From NCBI GenBank assembly GCA_002633005.1, contig NMRA01000065.1:545985-609984 (forward strand): a stretch of DNA of 64,000 nucleotides, read 5' to 3'. Under the pieces are notes generated by a model that did no database searches, was not told the DNA's origin, and saw only the letters and a program-made list of their open reading frames with translations. Source of the DNA: Phoronis australis (Eukaryota; Animalia; Phoronida). Within the stretch, counting starts at the first letter, position 1. Each line of letters begins with the position of its first letter. Positions 50,533 to 61,559 of this stretch are shown here, piece by piece. A program made the position numbers and the translations under genes.

Positions 50533-53500
50533 ATGTTAACTATGAACTGTATGAATTTATCAGTATTTAACTACAGACATAATAATTATAAGTGTTCGGG
50601 TGTCTGGAAAACAAAAATACCCCACTGCTTTTCGTCTATTACGCTCGACCTCACTCTTCTACTACGAAAACGACCCCGAACTGAGCACTTACGTAATGTT
50701 TACTGCACAATGAAGAACTCATGTTGTGATATCCGAGTTATCATTGAGCAAAGTCTTTTGACTGCTGGTGACATAGAGGTCAATCCAGGACCAGGCACTC
50801 AGGGTTTAGCCAGCTTCAAGGTCTTATTCACTAATATCAACAGTATCAAGGCGAACAATCTTTCAAGATTTGATCTTCTCAAGCAAGTTATTACAGACAA
50901 CAATTACATGGTCATTGCTATATGTGAATCTGGAACACTGTCCGAAGACAACCTCAGTGCACTTATTATTCCAGAATACCACATTGCCTACCACACTAAC
51001 GTCGGGAGGGGGTTGATCTTGTTTGTCCACAACTCCGTAAATTACAAAACAATTGATGATAAAATTATACAATCAATGAGTAACTGTTGGATTGAACTTT
51101 ACGTCAACCACAAAAAGGTATATTACGGTTTTTTCTATCGCTCACCCTCACAGACGTCCCATGAACGGAAAGCATATTTCAAAACCTTTTCAGAGCAATT
51201 GCAAGAACTCTCTCAAACTAATAAAACGATTATTATCAACGGGGATTTCAACGCAAGCAATAGTACTTGGTACTCTGAAGACAATGACAACCAAGCCGGT
51301 CTCGAATTATTCGATATTCTCCTCACAAATGACTGTATACAACTAATAACCGAGCCGACACGTTTAACAGAGTATTCACATTCTTGCCTTGATTTATGTA
51401 TAACAAACAATCTCGGATTAATTGAATCCACTTCTGTAAGGCCTCCCATTGGTAACTCAGACCACCACGTTATAGAAACAACATTCAAACTCAACTGCCC
51501 ACCTAAAGAACCAGACATTATGAAGAAGATCTGGAATTACAACCTCATTAACATGGACAAACTGCGCTCTGACATAACCACATTCAACTGGAGTGATATA
51601 CTTAACGAAAGTGACATAAATGACGCAGTCTCAATATTCACACAGTCACTCTACAACATATTAGATAATAATATCCCATCAACCATGAAACAATAAAAAA
51701 CAAGAACAAACCGTGGTTTAACAATAACATTAAGTCTGAAATAAATAAAAGAAATAAACTGTACAGATCGTTCAGAAGATCAAATAACCCATGCACGTTC
51801 AAGCGCTACAAAGAACAGTGCAAGAGTGTGGAAGAACTAATTAAAAAGACAAAACAAGACTATAAGATGAAAGTTATCTCCAATATCAAAAATGTCTCCA
51901 AAAATTCTAAGGAATATTGGGATATAGTAAACAAAATTCGAGGACAGGTAAAGCAATCATCATACCCCACCATCCACTCAAAAGAATCCAACTCTCAGGC
52001 GTCATCCAAAGCCGATAAAAGTATCTTATTTCTAGACTACTTCACTGCCAAGAGTCACATTGCACCAACAATAAACTATCCAGAATTCCCAAACAGAACA
52101 TTAGAACACCTCTCTTACATAGAAGCCCAACCATCTGAAGTCAGAAAACTACTAGAAAACATTGACGAAAACAAAAACGACGGTACCAATCTCATAACCA
52201 ATAAAATGATCAAGATAATAGCAAGAGAGCTTACACTTCCTCTGACAACATTATACAACAAAATATTACAATCTGGAAAATTTCCTTTGAACTGGAAGCT
52301 TGGCGTTATGATACCAATACACAAAAAGAACTCCAAAACAGACATTGCCAACTATCGCCCCATAACTCTACTTAACACCTTATCCAAAATTTTAGAAAAA
52401 ATCATTTCTCAGCACATGTTTGACCACCTCTCTTCACAAAACCTCATATATCGTCGCCAATTTGGATTCATGCCTGGTAACAGCACTGTGTCGCAACTTA
52501 CAGAAATTGTACACGACATCCACCTCCAGTTTGAGCAAGGGTACAACGTGAGATCCGTATTTTTAGACATTGCGTCAGCTTTTGATGTCGTTCCCCATGA
52601 CCTGCTTCTACATAAATTACAATCTTACGGTTTCTCAGGCACTCTCCTCTTACTTTTAAAATCATATCTGGAAAATCGAACTTACAAAGTCCGAATTGAG
52701 GGTGTCTTATCACCTTCATCAACGCCAGGTTTCGTAAATGCTGGAGTACCACAGGGTAGCGTACTAGGCCCCTTACTCTTTTTACTGTACATCAATGATC
52801 TTCCAGACACGATAAGCTCTAAAACATTCTTATATGCTGATGACACTGCAATATTCCACCCATTCTCAAAAGAGCATCCCCATGACTCCTTACAATTGCA
52901 AACTGACCTTAACAAACTCTATGACTGGTCTCACAAATGGAAGATGAAATTTAAACCTGAAAAAAGTGTTGATCTTATATTTTCTAAGTCTAATAATACT
53001 CATTTCCAAACAAATCCAACACTGGAATTATCACTCAATGGGGAAGTTATCCCCAATAAGTTCACGCACAAACATCTTGGCTTGCTACTCGACCATAAGC
53101 TTACATTTACTCCTCATTGTCGCGAACTCGTTCAAAAAGTACAAAAATTAATTAATCCAATTAGAATTATCTCTCGTCATCTCAACTCCATGCATCTTGA
53201 AACTCTGTTCAAGTCTTTTGTACTTCCACATCTAGATTACTGTGACATAATCTACCAATCGGCAAACGCTGGCATACTTCTCCAATTAGAAAGACTACAA
53301 TACCAAGCAGCTTTAGCCATAACTGGGGCATACAAAGGGTCCAACACAATCAAGGTTCTAAATAGTCTTCACTGGAGCAAACTAGCAACCCGTCGTAAAC
53401 TCCACCTGTCCATGTATACATTCAAAGTCTTAACCAACATAAACAATTACTCTAACAAAATCCTCTTTGACTCCTACAAAAGACCAAGCACGAGACCAGG

Positions 53501-54059
53501 ACTCCGGCAAAGCAATATGTATACTATTCCAGCCTCCATCAGCCAAGCCTTTAGAAGATCAACGATATTAACTTGTATTGACAACTGGAATTCCTTACCA
53601 TTCAAAATAAAAGAAAGCACTTCAATCGTCACTCTCAAAAATAACTTTAAAATGCATACCACTACTCCAGACTTGCCAGTCCCATTGACATCATTCCAAC
53701 TTCCCCGCAACCATGAAATAACCCTATACAGATCAAGATGTGGTCTATTCCTAAACAACGAGAAATTTAGACATAATTTTAATAATATTTCGGCTCTGTG
53801 TTCCTGTGGAGATACCCAGACATATCCTCATGTTTTCTTTGCTTGTGATGTATGCAAGGAGGAGAGGGTACAGCTCTTCCAGGCACTCGAACAATACCCC
53901 AATGTTTATAAAAAATACTCTGAAATTCCGCAATTGTACAACAAAATTAATTTCTTTCTATATGGATGTCAAGAACTTAACTCAAACGAAAATATGGTTT
54001 TATTTGAAATAGTATCAGAATTTCTTTATAACATTAAATCTCTTTGTGTGAGTGGATAG
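50533..54059 (+). CDS. LINE ORF2 (2A-like leader, APE endonuclease, RT, C-terminal Cys/His motif), broken by one frameshift near 51690
   Basis: APE motifs 'NINSI', 'IAICES', 'YRSP', 'GDFNA', 'CLDL', 'SDHH'; RT motifs 'NYRPITLL', 'QFGF', 'FLDIASAFD', 'GVPQGSVLGPLLF', 'YADD', 'HKHLG'; C-terminal 'CSCG...HVFFAC'. After ATG AAA CAA TAA the -1 frame continues 'IKNKNKPWF'. Confidence 0.93.
50770..50793 (+). other. 2A-like (StopGo) motif DIEVNPGP
   Basis: 'SLLTAGDIEVNPGP' matches D[V/I]ExNPGP, immediately upstream of the APE domain. Confidence 0.88.
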
Positions 54060-54794
54060 AATTTTATACATCTGTATGAAAATAAATTATTTTCATTCGT
54101 TGTCATATATCACTGTATTCTTAACATCAGTTTTTTATTGATGTATTTGTATATAATCATTGTATATAGACTTCTTTGTATTTTTTTACCCAGATCTAAT
54201 GCCTCTTGGCGCTTTCTGGGTTATGTATATTCATTGTATTCTGAAGATTTCGTAATAAACATTAAAAAAAAGTGTGTAATAAGCATTTTCTGCCGTCAGA
54301 TTACGAAAGGGATGTGTACGCTGAAGTGATAAAAGTCCCTGCGAAACAACGCCTGAAGAAGGGTGCGATACCGTAGCTTTTGGTTCCCGGCAGTGTTCCG
54401 TCGCCACCCCCGAGAAATGCGTTTTTGAAGCGAGAAGCTTCGCGATCTATGGCCATTACAGTGACTGGAGGCACTTCATCTACTGTCACCCGGAGTAGCA
54501 GTGATTTGCCCTGTGCTGTTGTTTCTAACACAGAGCCTGTGAGCAGCCCTGCAGCAATGTTGAATTGTGGGAGTGAATACAGGCCCAGTTCGACACCCAG
54601 TGAAGAGGACGGTTCGTCGTCCAACGACCAGATCGGTGAACCAAACTTTGATAAGTTTGTTGTGGACTTGTCTAAAGTATTGGAGCTATTTAGAAAGTGC
54701 CAGGTGTCACACTGCGGGATGTAAGCATTGTGGGTGCTCAGGTCACCATCCAGTGGGAGTGTGTTGCGGGACACTGGGGCAAGTGGGACAGTTG

Positions 54795-54959
54795 TGCCTG
54801 TGCATACTCTGCCTCATTATACTCGGGCTCAAACATACAAGTTATACCCACCCACTGAGTGTCAGTGAAAAAATTCCTCGTCACCACTGCTATATGAACA
54901 AAGTCTCCATTACTCACGTCACTACTGTCACTGTGATATGGGTCGCCGACTCCAGTCAT
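54795..54959 (-). pseudogene. Possible N-terminal remnant of the Kolobok accessory gene (KolX-like)
   Basis: Convergent with the transposase, near the right TIR; acidic start plus 'GITCMFEPEYNEAE'. Confidence 0.4.
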
Positions 54960-55183
54960 TTTCAGATTAATACAAACTCTAAAGAATCCCTAGATCCAAC
55001 GTAATTGGGTTCTCTAACAACCTAGTTTGTCGTAAAAAACTCGTCGATGGGAAGTGGTGACGACAATTTTAGAAAAACAGCCCGAAAACAAAAGTAGTAC
55101 AGATCCTCACACTAAACTAAAATTGATGCGAAATTCTTGCCTCCCAAAACGTCACTTCCGGAGTAGAGGACGAGTAATTAGTT

Positions 55184-56852
55184 TTATCGTAATCTATTTT
55201 GCCCGGGGTACGCCACGAGCTATGTTGCAGAGTAAAACAAGAGGAGGATTGGGAATATTTGTCATTTATTATGACGTAATAGCTAAAACTAACTAAGACT
55301 CTGCAAGATGGGCATGCACAAAACGCCCACCGGCGTGTACAATGAATAGCCCTGCAAGAGGGAACAAAACAAAAGAACTGCCTGAAGGGCTTAAAGGAAA
55401 AGTACAGAACATGAACACAAAACTTGAAAAAACCTAGCAGGAAATGTATACGAGCAAAGAGAAAGTGGAACCGCCACCCGGGGTGGGGGGTGGGGAAAAA
55501 ATGAAGAGAACGAACGTAGGTCTTGTAGACGACGAGGTAGGTGGCTGAATGAGAGACCACGTTGAACAGAACAAAGGAAATATGGACGACCAATCAGGAG
55601 TCGCGTAGAGAAACGTATGAATACAAAAGTAGGCCCTAGAGGCTATAAATAGAGATCTGTAATGCAAAATAAACCCTAAGGACTGGTCTCAAAATAAAGA
55701 GACAAGTGTCAAAATAATGACGATAAATGCATTTAACAAGTTAAATTTAATTTATCGTAATCTATTTTGCCCGGGGTACGCCACGAGCTATGTTGCAGAG
55801 TAAAACAAGAGGAGGATTGGGAATATTNNNNNNNNNNNNNNNNNNNNNNNNNNNNNNNNNNNNNNNNNNNNNNNNNNNNNNNNNNNNNNNNNNNNNNNNN
55901 NNNNNNNNNNNNNNNNNNNNNNNNNNNNNNNNNNNNNNNNNNNNNNNNNNNNNNNNNNNNNNNNNNNNNNNNNNNNNNNNNNNNNNNNNNNNNNNNNNNN
56001 NNNNNNNNNNNNNNNNNNNNNNNNNNNNNNNNNNNNNNNNNNNNNNNNNNNNNNNNNNNNNNNNNNNNNNNNNNNNNNNNNNNNNNNNNNNNNNNNNNNN
56101 NNNNNNNNNNNNNNNNNNNNNNNNNNNNNNNNNNNNNNNNNNNNNNNNNNNNNNNNNNNNNNNNNNNNNNNNNNNNNNNNNNNNNNNNNNNNNNNNNNNN
56201 NNNNNNNNNNNNNNNNNNNNNNNNNNNNNNNNNNNNNNNNNNNNNNNNNNNNNNNNNNNNNNNNNNNNNNNNNNNNNNNNNNNNNNNNNNNNNNNNNNNN
56301 NNNNNNNNNNNNNNNNNNNNNNNNNNAAAAAGGAGGAAGTGGGGTCAGGGAGGTTGTCAAGCTTGTGGACAAAGCTAATGGCAGAGACATAGGACTGGAT
56401 AGACGAGCTACTAAGCCCAGATTCGAAGAGATGAGAGATGTAGATGGCCAAGAAAGAGGTATTAATGGGCAAGGTGAGCGGAGAATTGTTAGAGGAGAGG
56501 TGAAACTGTGCGAGGTTACGCAGGATGCGGGTGTAGGACTGAAGAGTGGAGGGGGCCAGGGAAGCCCGGAGCAGTCTGGTCACTCTGTCAGGAGGTGCTG
56601 TGGGATCGGTGTCGGATGAGGGCTGAGCCAATAACCCTGGGAAAAGGCGACCTGAAAGTTGAAACGAGAAAGTGCATCAGCGATGATGTTAGTGTAGCCG
56701 GGGATATGCTTTGCCTGAAAATGAACATTAAAGGTAAGAGCGGAGATGACCAGACGACGGACAAGAGACATAATGGGGGCGTGGCGGGAGGATGTCTTGT
56801 TGATAATGTCAACGACAGCACGGTTGTCGCACAGGAAGAGGATCTTGTGGTT
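55184..56852 (-). mobile_element. 5'-truncated tyrosine-recombinase retrotransposon (Ngaro/DIRS-like); contains assembly gap 55828-56326
   Basis: RNase H C-terminus 'LFLCDNRAVVDIINKTSS...AKHIPGYTNIIADALSR' running into YR N-terminal domain 'LRASLAPSTLQSY...LAIYISHLFESGLSSSSIQSYVSAISFVHKL...DPT'; identical 77-bp direct repeat (55183-55259 and 55751-55827); flanked by GTAATTAGTT x2. Confidence 0.85.
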
Positions 56853-58412
56853 GTAATTAGTTAAATTACGAAAATTAAAATTAAGTGTAAAATATATCTG
56901 GGATAACCAACGAACCTTATTTTTGCTAAAAATGACATGAAAAAATGTTGCCTTCGCCTTTAAATCTCTTCAGATTTATAAATAAAATTCTTTTTAAGAC
57001 TCAGGATCATGGTGGAAACTCTTTAAGAAGTCTGTTAAAACTCACATGTTTCCGATTTCATAAAATTAAAAGCAGTTTAGCGTATTTGAATGCATGCTTT
57101 TGAAATGCACTGCTTACGTTACAGTGGTCAGAAGCTTTCAGTTTCACATGGCCAATTAAAAACAAAAGTGATTGTTGCTATGACCCATTTATATGCGTGA
57201 GCGGCGCTTAAGAGTATCTCGCGCAGACTGTGCTATCTATCACATGAAGAGTCTCCTTATACGTCAAATGACACCTCATTGACTGCCGAAGTCCTCGGGA
57301 TGAGGACCCAACGTAGCCAACTCAAATCCGTAAGCCTAGTATTTGACTTATTTTTCTCTACATTATCTACTCAATTGGATGACTGACAGCATTCATCATA
57401 TTGTGATTCTCGTCACTTGCGTGAGAGATTTTAGCATTAAAGATTATTCACAGAATTATTAGTGGCAAATATTTAATCTAACGCCGCTAAAGTTACGAAA
57501 CGAAATGTAACACAAAACGCTACTTTTGAAAACAGAAAGAAAACATTGGGTTCCCGAGAACCCTTTAGTGTCATCAGGGTGAACTGCTCTCCTTGAGTCT
57601 GCACAAAAATAATATCCAATCATGTCCACAGCTATGTACCAGGGCTGGGTTGCGTAAAACTGGTCTGCTGGATGAGTCAGGTTGTTATATGACGTCTGTT
57701 CAACAATGGCAACGCGATGCGTCATAATATGACGTCATTGGCACAAATCAAGGTATAACTTTTATGCAGTCGGACCCTGCAATGTTCTTTTCTACGTATC
57801 ATTTGTCTGCATTGTGAAGGTTAACATAGCACAAATCAAGAAAACCTATTGCACATTGCGTGTCACATGGGTCACGATACATTTTTGGACTTAAAACTTT
57901 TACAGTGCAAAACGAAACGACCTACCAAGACTGTGAAAACGTATACGTAAAGTGGCAATACTCATAGCTGATAAATTTTTCAAATGAATGGCAATAGTTA
58001 ATAGACTGTTCCTTCAGCCAAATATCTACAACAACATGGCATGTAATTATATAAAAAATACGAAGAAAGCCTTCAAAGTTTGTTTTTTAACCTTAGACCA
58101 ATATTTCATTGTTGGATCACGTGACCAATTATTATTTTTATCAAAGTTTGCGAAAAGGAAGGTGCATTCGTTGCAAAACAACAGCATCAACGTACGTAGC
58201 CAAATTCTATTTGATAGCAATCTTCAACGCAATCATCTCAAAAACTCTGTTAAAGTAAATAATCAATTCATATTCGTCTCATACGACTTTTGGTTTTATA
58301 AAAAATCACAAAAGTCTTATTTTTGGTAACTCTTCTTGCAAAAGTGGATCATTTTAAAAACATTTCCTAATAGCTTTAGAAACACTGAATAAAGTGTAGC
58401 TCCTGAAAGTTT

Positions 58413-58508
58413 CATTTGAGTACGACCAGACATTTGAGTACGACCAGACATTTGACTACGACCAGACGTTTTTTCTTCGACCAGACATTTGACTACGACC
58501 AGACATTT
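58413..58508. repeat. 18-bp tandem repeat (CATTTGA[G/C]TACGACCAGA), interrupted
   Basis: 4-5 copies visible. Confidence 0.85.
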
Positions 58509-61402
58509 CGGAGATATGATGTTCCGAGGTCAGACAAAGTTGGACATTTTCTAGAATCTTACACAACCAGAAGAGTTGCAAAGGTTCATTTTCAAGATCA
58601 CTGGTCATATCCCGCAATCCGGATACACAGCTAAGTGTAAGAGGCTTAGCAACTTCTAAGCTGATAAAACAGAGTTAATCACTACAATTACGTGGTATGG
58701 CTAGGCTAGCCACTAATCATGGACACTGTCTCTCACCCGTCAACTCCAGCAGCCACCCGGTTTTCATTATAATAATTATTCTAGTGACCTTGCAGGTTAG
58801 TCTGTGAACGGTCACACGAACTTACGCAAGAACTTAAGATTCTTAGTGGAACGGCCAATTGGTCCAAGAAACTTATATTTATTTATTTCAAGTGTTCAAG
58901 GCAATATTCATTTCTCACACGAATTCACCATTATGTTTGAAAACGAGACGTTGTGTTGAAACTAAAGTAGTTCTGGTATTTGGAACAGGCGCGCTTTCAC
59001 ATTTGCGTTGTTAAAATTGATGCCAAAACGAGACATTGTGTCCTAAACAATAATGCACAACAATCATTTCTCCAGAGCCACCAAAAGAGTGCTAGTAGAT
59101 AGCCAACCATAGTTACAGTCAAATGCAACTGTAATACTGTTGCCGTTAGGTTCAAACCACATCGATGTACAGTAGAGTCCTTTCACGTGGTGTCGCGCAC
59201 ATGGCCAAATCACGCAGTAAGCGCGTGAGTCTGCGAGAGATGCAAGCAAACTGCATTGCAAACATGACTTGCGATAACAGCCACTTTTGTTAACAGGAAG
59301 TTGCTATGTCTCATTAAAGCCGTGAATATTTGAATTTTGAACAAGCGCCACTCAGCCAGCTCGATAACTGTATGTATTAGAATAATCATTAAAGGAAACA
59401 TTTTGTAAATGAATTGTGATATTAAAGAAAACACCTCAACTGGTACACTTAAAACCAGTGTGATCATATAAATACCCTAGTAATTCCAAATATTACGAAA
59501 TCGTTTTTTGATTGTGAAATTAACAGATAATAAAACTATACCTTGTTTCATTTGGACAACGACAATGCTGTGTGGGATTCCCGTGTCGTCCTTAGAAATG
59601 TGGAAAAGAAGTGTGTGCAAATCGTATAATGCCAGTTCACTGTCTGCTGCTGCAGTCGGAATTTGAGTTGGCGCCATGCACTTAAGACGTGAGGCTCCAA
59701 ATAAACTTATTTGCCTTCTTTACTACAATGTATCTTGGTTGGCATCGAGTCTTCGTTCGCCATTATTAAACATTACCCTCATCATTTACATATTAAAATA
59801 GTTCCACAAAGCGAGATTGTAATGGCAACTGGTTCTCGGATGGTTTCCGGCACACTGAGGACCCGGGATTGTTTGTAAATCAGTACTTCATTTGCATATT
59901 CTAAATTTGATGAGATTGTGCATCTGTAAGGATAGTGCTGGATTAATCGTAGTAATCCAAGCCTGCTTGAAATAGATCAATATTAGATTTAGCAACCTGA
60001 TGACCGTTCTACTAAAAATCTTACTTGTTTTGCGCACTTTTACGTAACTATTAACAGCAGGAAGAGATAACCACTCTCTTCCTGTTAACGGTGATCTACC
60101 GCCGCTACTAGATGCAGCTGTCACAGTTGTAGTCTAAGGACTTTCGCCAACCATTAAACTCATACCCTCTCTTTTAACAGAGTTGGCGTTAGTTCTCGAA
60201 AAAAAAAATGTCGCCGTAGTTAAAGTATTTTTACAGAAGCCTATAAATTAATCTGACATGACCCTCTGAGAAGTTTATCTGATTTACATCGTCAAAATTG
60301 TAAAGCTTATTGGAGTTATTTGATACATAAGCAATTGTCCACCTTCGTCGGTGTAAATCTACAAATATTGTATGACGAGAAAACCTTAATAAATGCTCTT
60401 GGCAATTCTAATATTAAAAACAAAACTTGCATGAGCCAAATGGCCAAATGTGCCATTTCTTTGCGACGAGTTCAACTACTTTGCAAATCTTGACTCGCCA
60501 TTTGGATTTTCGATGTTTTTGGCAATGTTTTTCTTTAGCGCCCGGGTGGATTGGTTAAAATACGCGTATTTAACAGGTTATGACCGAGGGGAAAGCATGG
60601 CTTAGAATTTTTATTTACCGTCACACAACGCTATCAACAGATTGGACTTGTATGAAAAAAGTAAAAGGTTGCATTGAGACGACAAGGAAATGATAATTTA
60701 GAGAACAGTTAAAGGTTTTTCTATACATGTATTTCATCTTGAGCATTTATATTAGACTAAGTTATACCGCTAAATTTTATTAAAAAGAAAAGTTCACGTA
60801 ACCCAATTAAAGACAGGCTGATGAAAAGTCAAGAACGCGTTGTACAAGCTTTCTGTTTTCAGGAATAACTTAAAATCAGAAGTTTTGTGGATATTTGGCT
60901 AAATAAAGACTTGTTGATAAAGTCTCACAAAATCTTAAAAAGAGACTTTGATTGGTACATGTACTACCCGGTATTTCCTTAGCATGAGGGTAAATCGAAC
61001 TGTTTTTGCAATGGTAGAGCATAGAGCGAGAGAGTCCAAGTTAGTTTGTGTGACGTTCGCACACATCCTTCAACACATGGCTACAGGTTAATGTGAAGCG
61101 GACTAATTCCTATTATTTGAACTGATTTACTCCTTAAAAGTTGGCAAATAATTCTGAGTGCCTTTATGTTTTATTACTGTGACTGTTGGTGCAAGTAGTG
61201 GACACTCAAGGGCTTATAGTTTCATGCTGGGAACTCTCTCAGTACGACACTGCTCACCGATGGACCGATTTCGAAGGCAGTTCCACGTTACATGGACGGA
61301 GAGGTATATTTTCGTTTACAAACAGACCTTTCCAAATATGATAGAAACACAAGATACGTGAAAAATAAAAAAACGACTATGTATGCCCCCTCCAGTATTA
61401 CA

Positions 61403-61493
61403 ACAGGCACCTTTAATCAGCCGCTCGTATGATACTGTAGTAAATATATTTCTTGTAGTATATTACGGCGAGCGGCTGATGAGAGTGCCTGTG
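61403..61493. mobile_element. Diverged hairpin MITE with ACAGGC..GCCTGTG termini (same terminus as the 15900 element)
   Basis: ACAGGCACCTTTAATCAGCCGCTCG pairs imperfectly with CGAGCGGCTGATGAGAGTGCCTGT. Confidence 0.6.
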
Positions 61494-61559
61494 GTATTGT
61501 CAGGTCCGTAGCTAGGATTACACAAGGGGTGGTTCGAATTTCTAAAACAGTGAAAATTT

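Larger units (their letters stand above)
49329..54270 (+). mobile_element. Near full-length CR1-group non-LTR retrotransposon (4.94 kb)
   Basis: AGTGT duplicated at 49324-49328 and 54271-54275; AATAAA (54254-54259) plus short A tail; APE and RT coding regions. Confidence 0.92.
49145..54795 (+). pseudogene. Kolobok THAP-transposase 5' portion, interrupted by the LINE (49145-49328 joined to 54276-54795)
   Basis: Rejoined: MPHCCCITGC..LHRFPKD...RTWL...YRV|CNKHFLPSDYERD...RLKKGAIP*, then 'KFVVDLSKVLELFRKCQVSHCG' and, after a frameshift, 'GAQVTIQWECVAGHWGKWDS'. Confidence 0.85.
48880..56959 (+). mobile_element. Inner Kolobok-type DNA transposon (internally deleted) hosting a LINE and a Ngaro/DIRS insertion
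   Basis: TTAA TSD (48876-48879 and 56960-56963); ~160-bp TIRs starting AGGCGAAGGCAAC...; right TIR split into 55121-55183 and 56853-56959; THAP-transposase 5' portion on +. Confidence 0.9.
47845..57022 (-). mobile_element. Outer non-autonomous Kolobok-type element (about 1.1 kb once the nested insert is removed)
   Basis: Perfect 15-bp TIRs AGAGTTTCCACCATG (47845-47859) and CATGGTGGAAACTCT (57008-57022); TTAA on the right, TTAAA on the left; contains a THAP remnant. Confidence 0.75.

Noticed and set aside
51685-51705. Programmed -1 frameshift in LINE ORF2
   Set aside because: The A-rich slippery-like run lies at or after the TAA; a 1-nt deletion or sequencing error is simpler.
54301-54774. 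157-aa minus-strand ORF
   Set aside because: Antisense shadow of the transposase remnant on the + strand.
55767-56392. ~200-aa ORFs spanning the second gap
   Set aside because: Mostly N; only the minus-strand YR/RNase H portions are meaningful.
57459-60124. Short minus-strand ORFs (57459-57725, 59064-59261, 59477-59677, 59888-60124) as exons of a gene
   Set aside because: No consistent splice phases or recognisable domain; 59477-59677 has an ATG and a possible donor but nothing else supports it.
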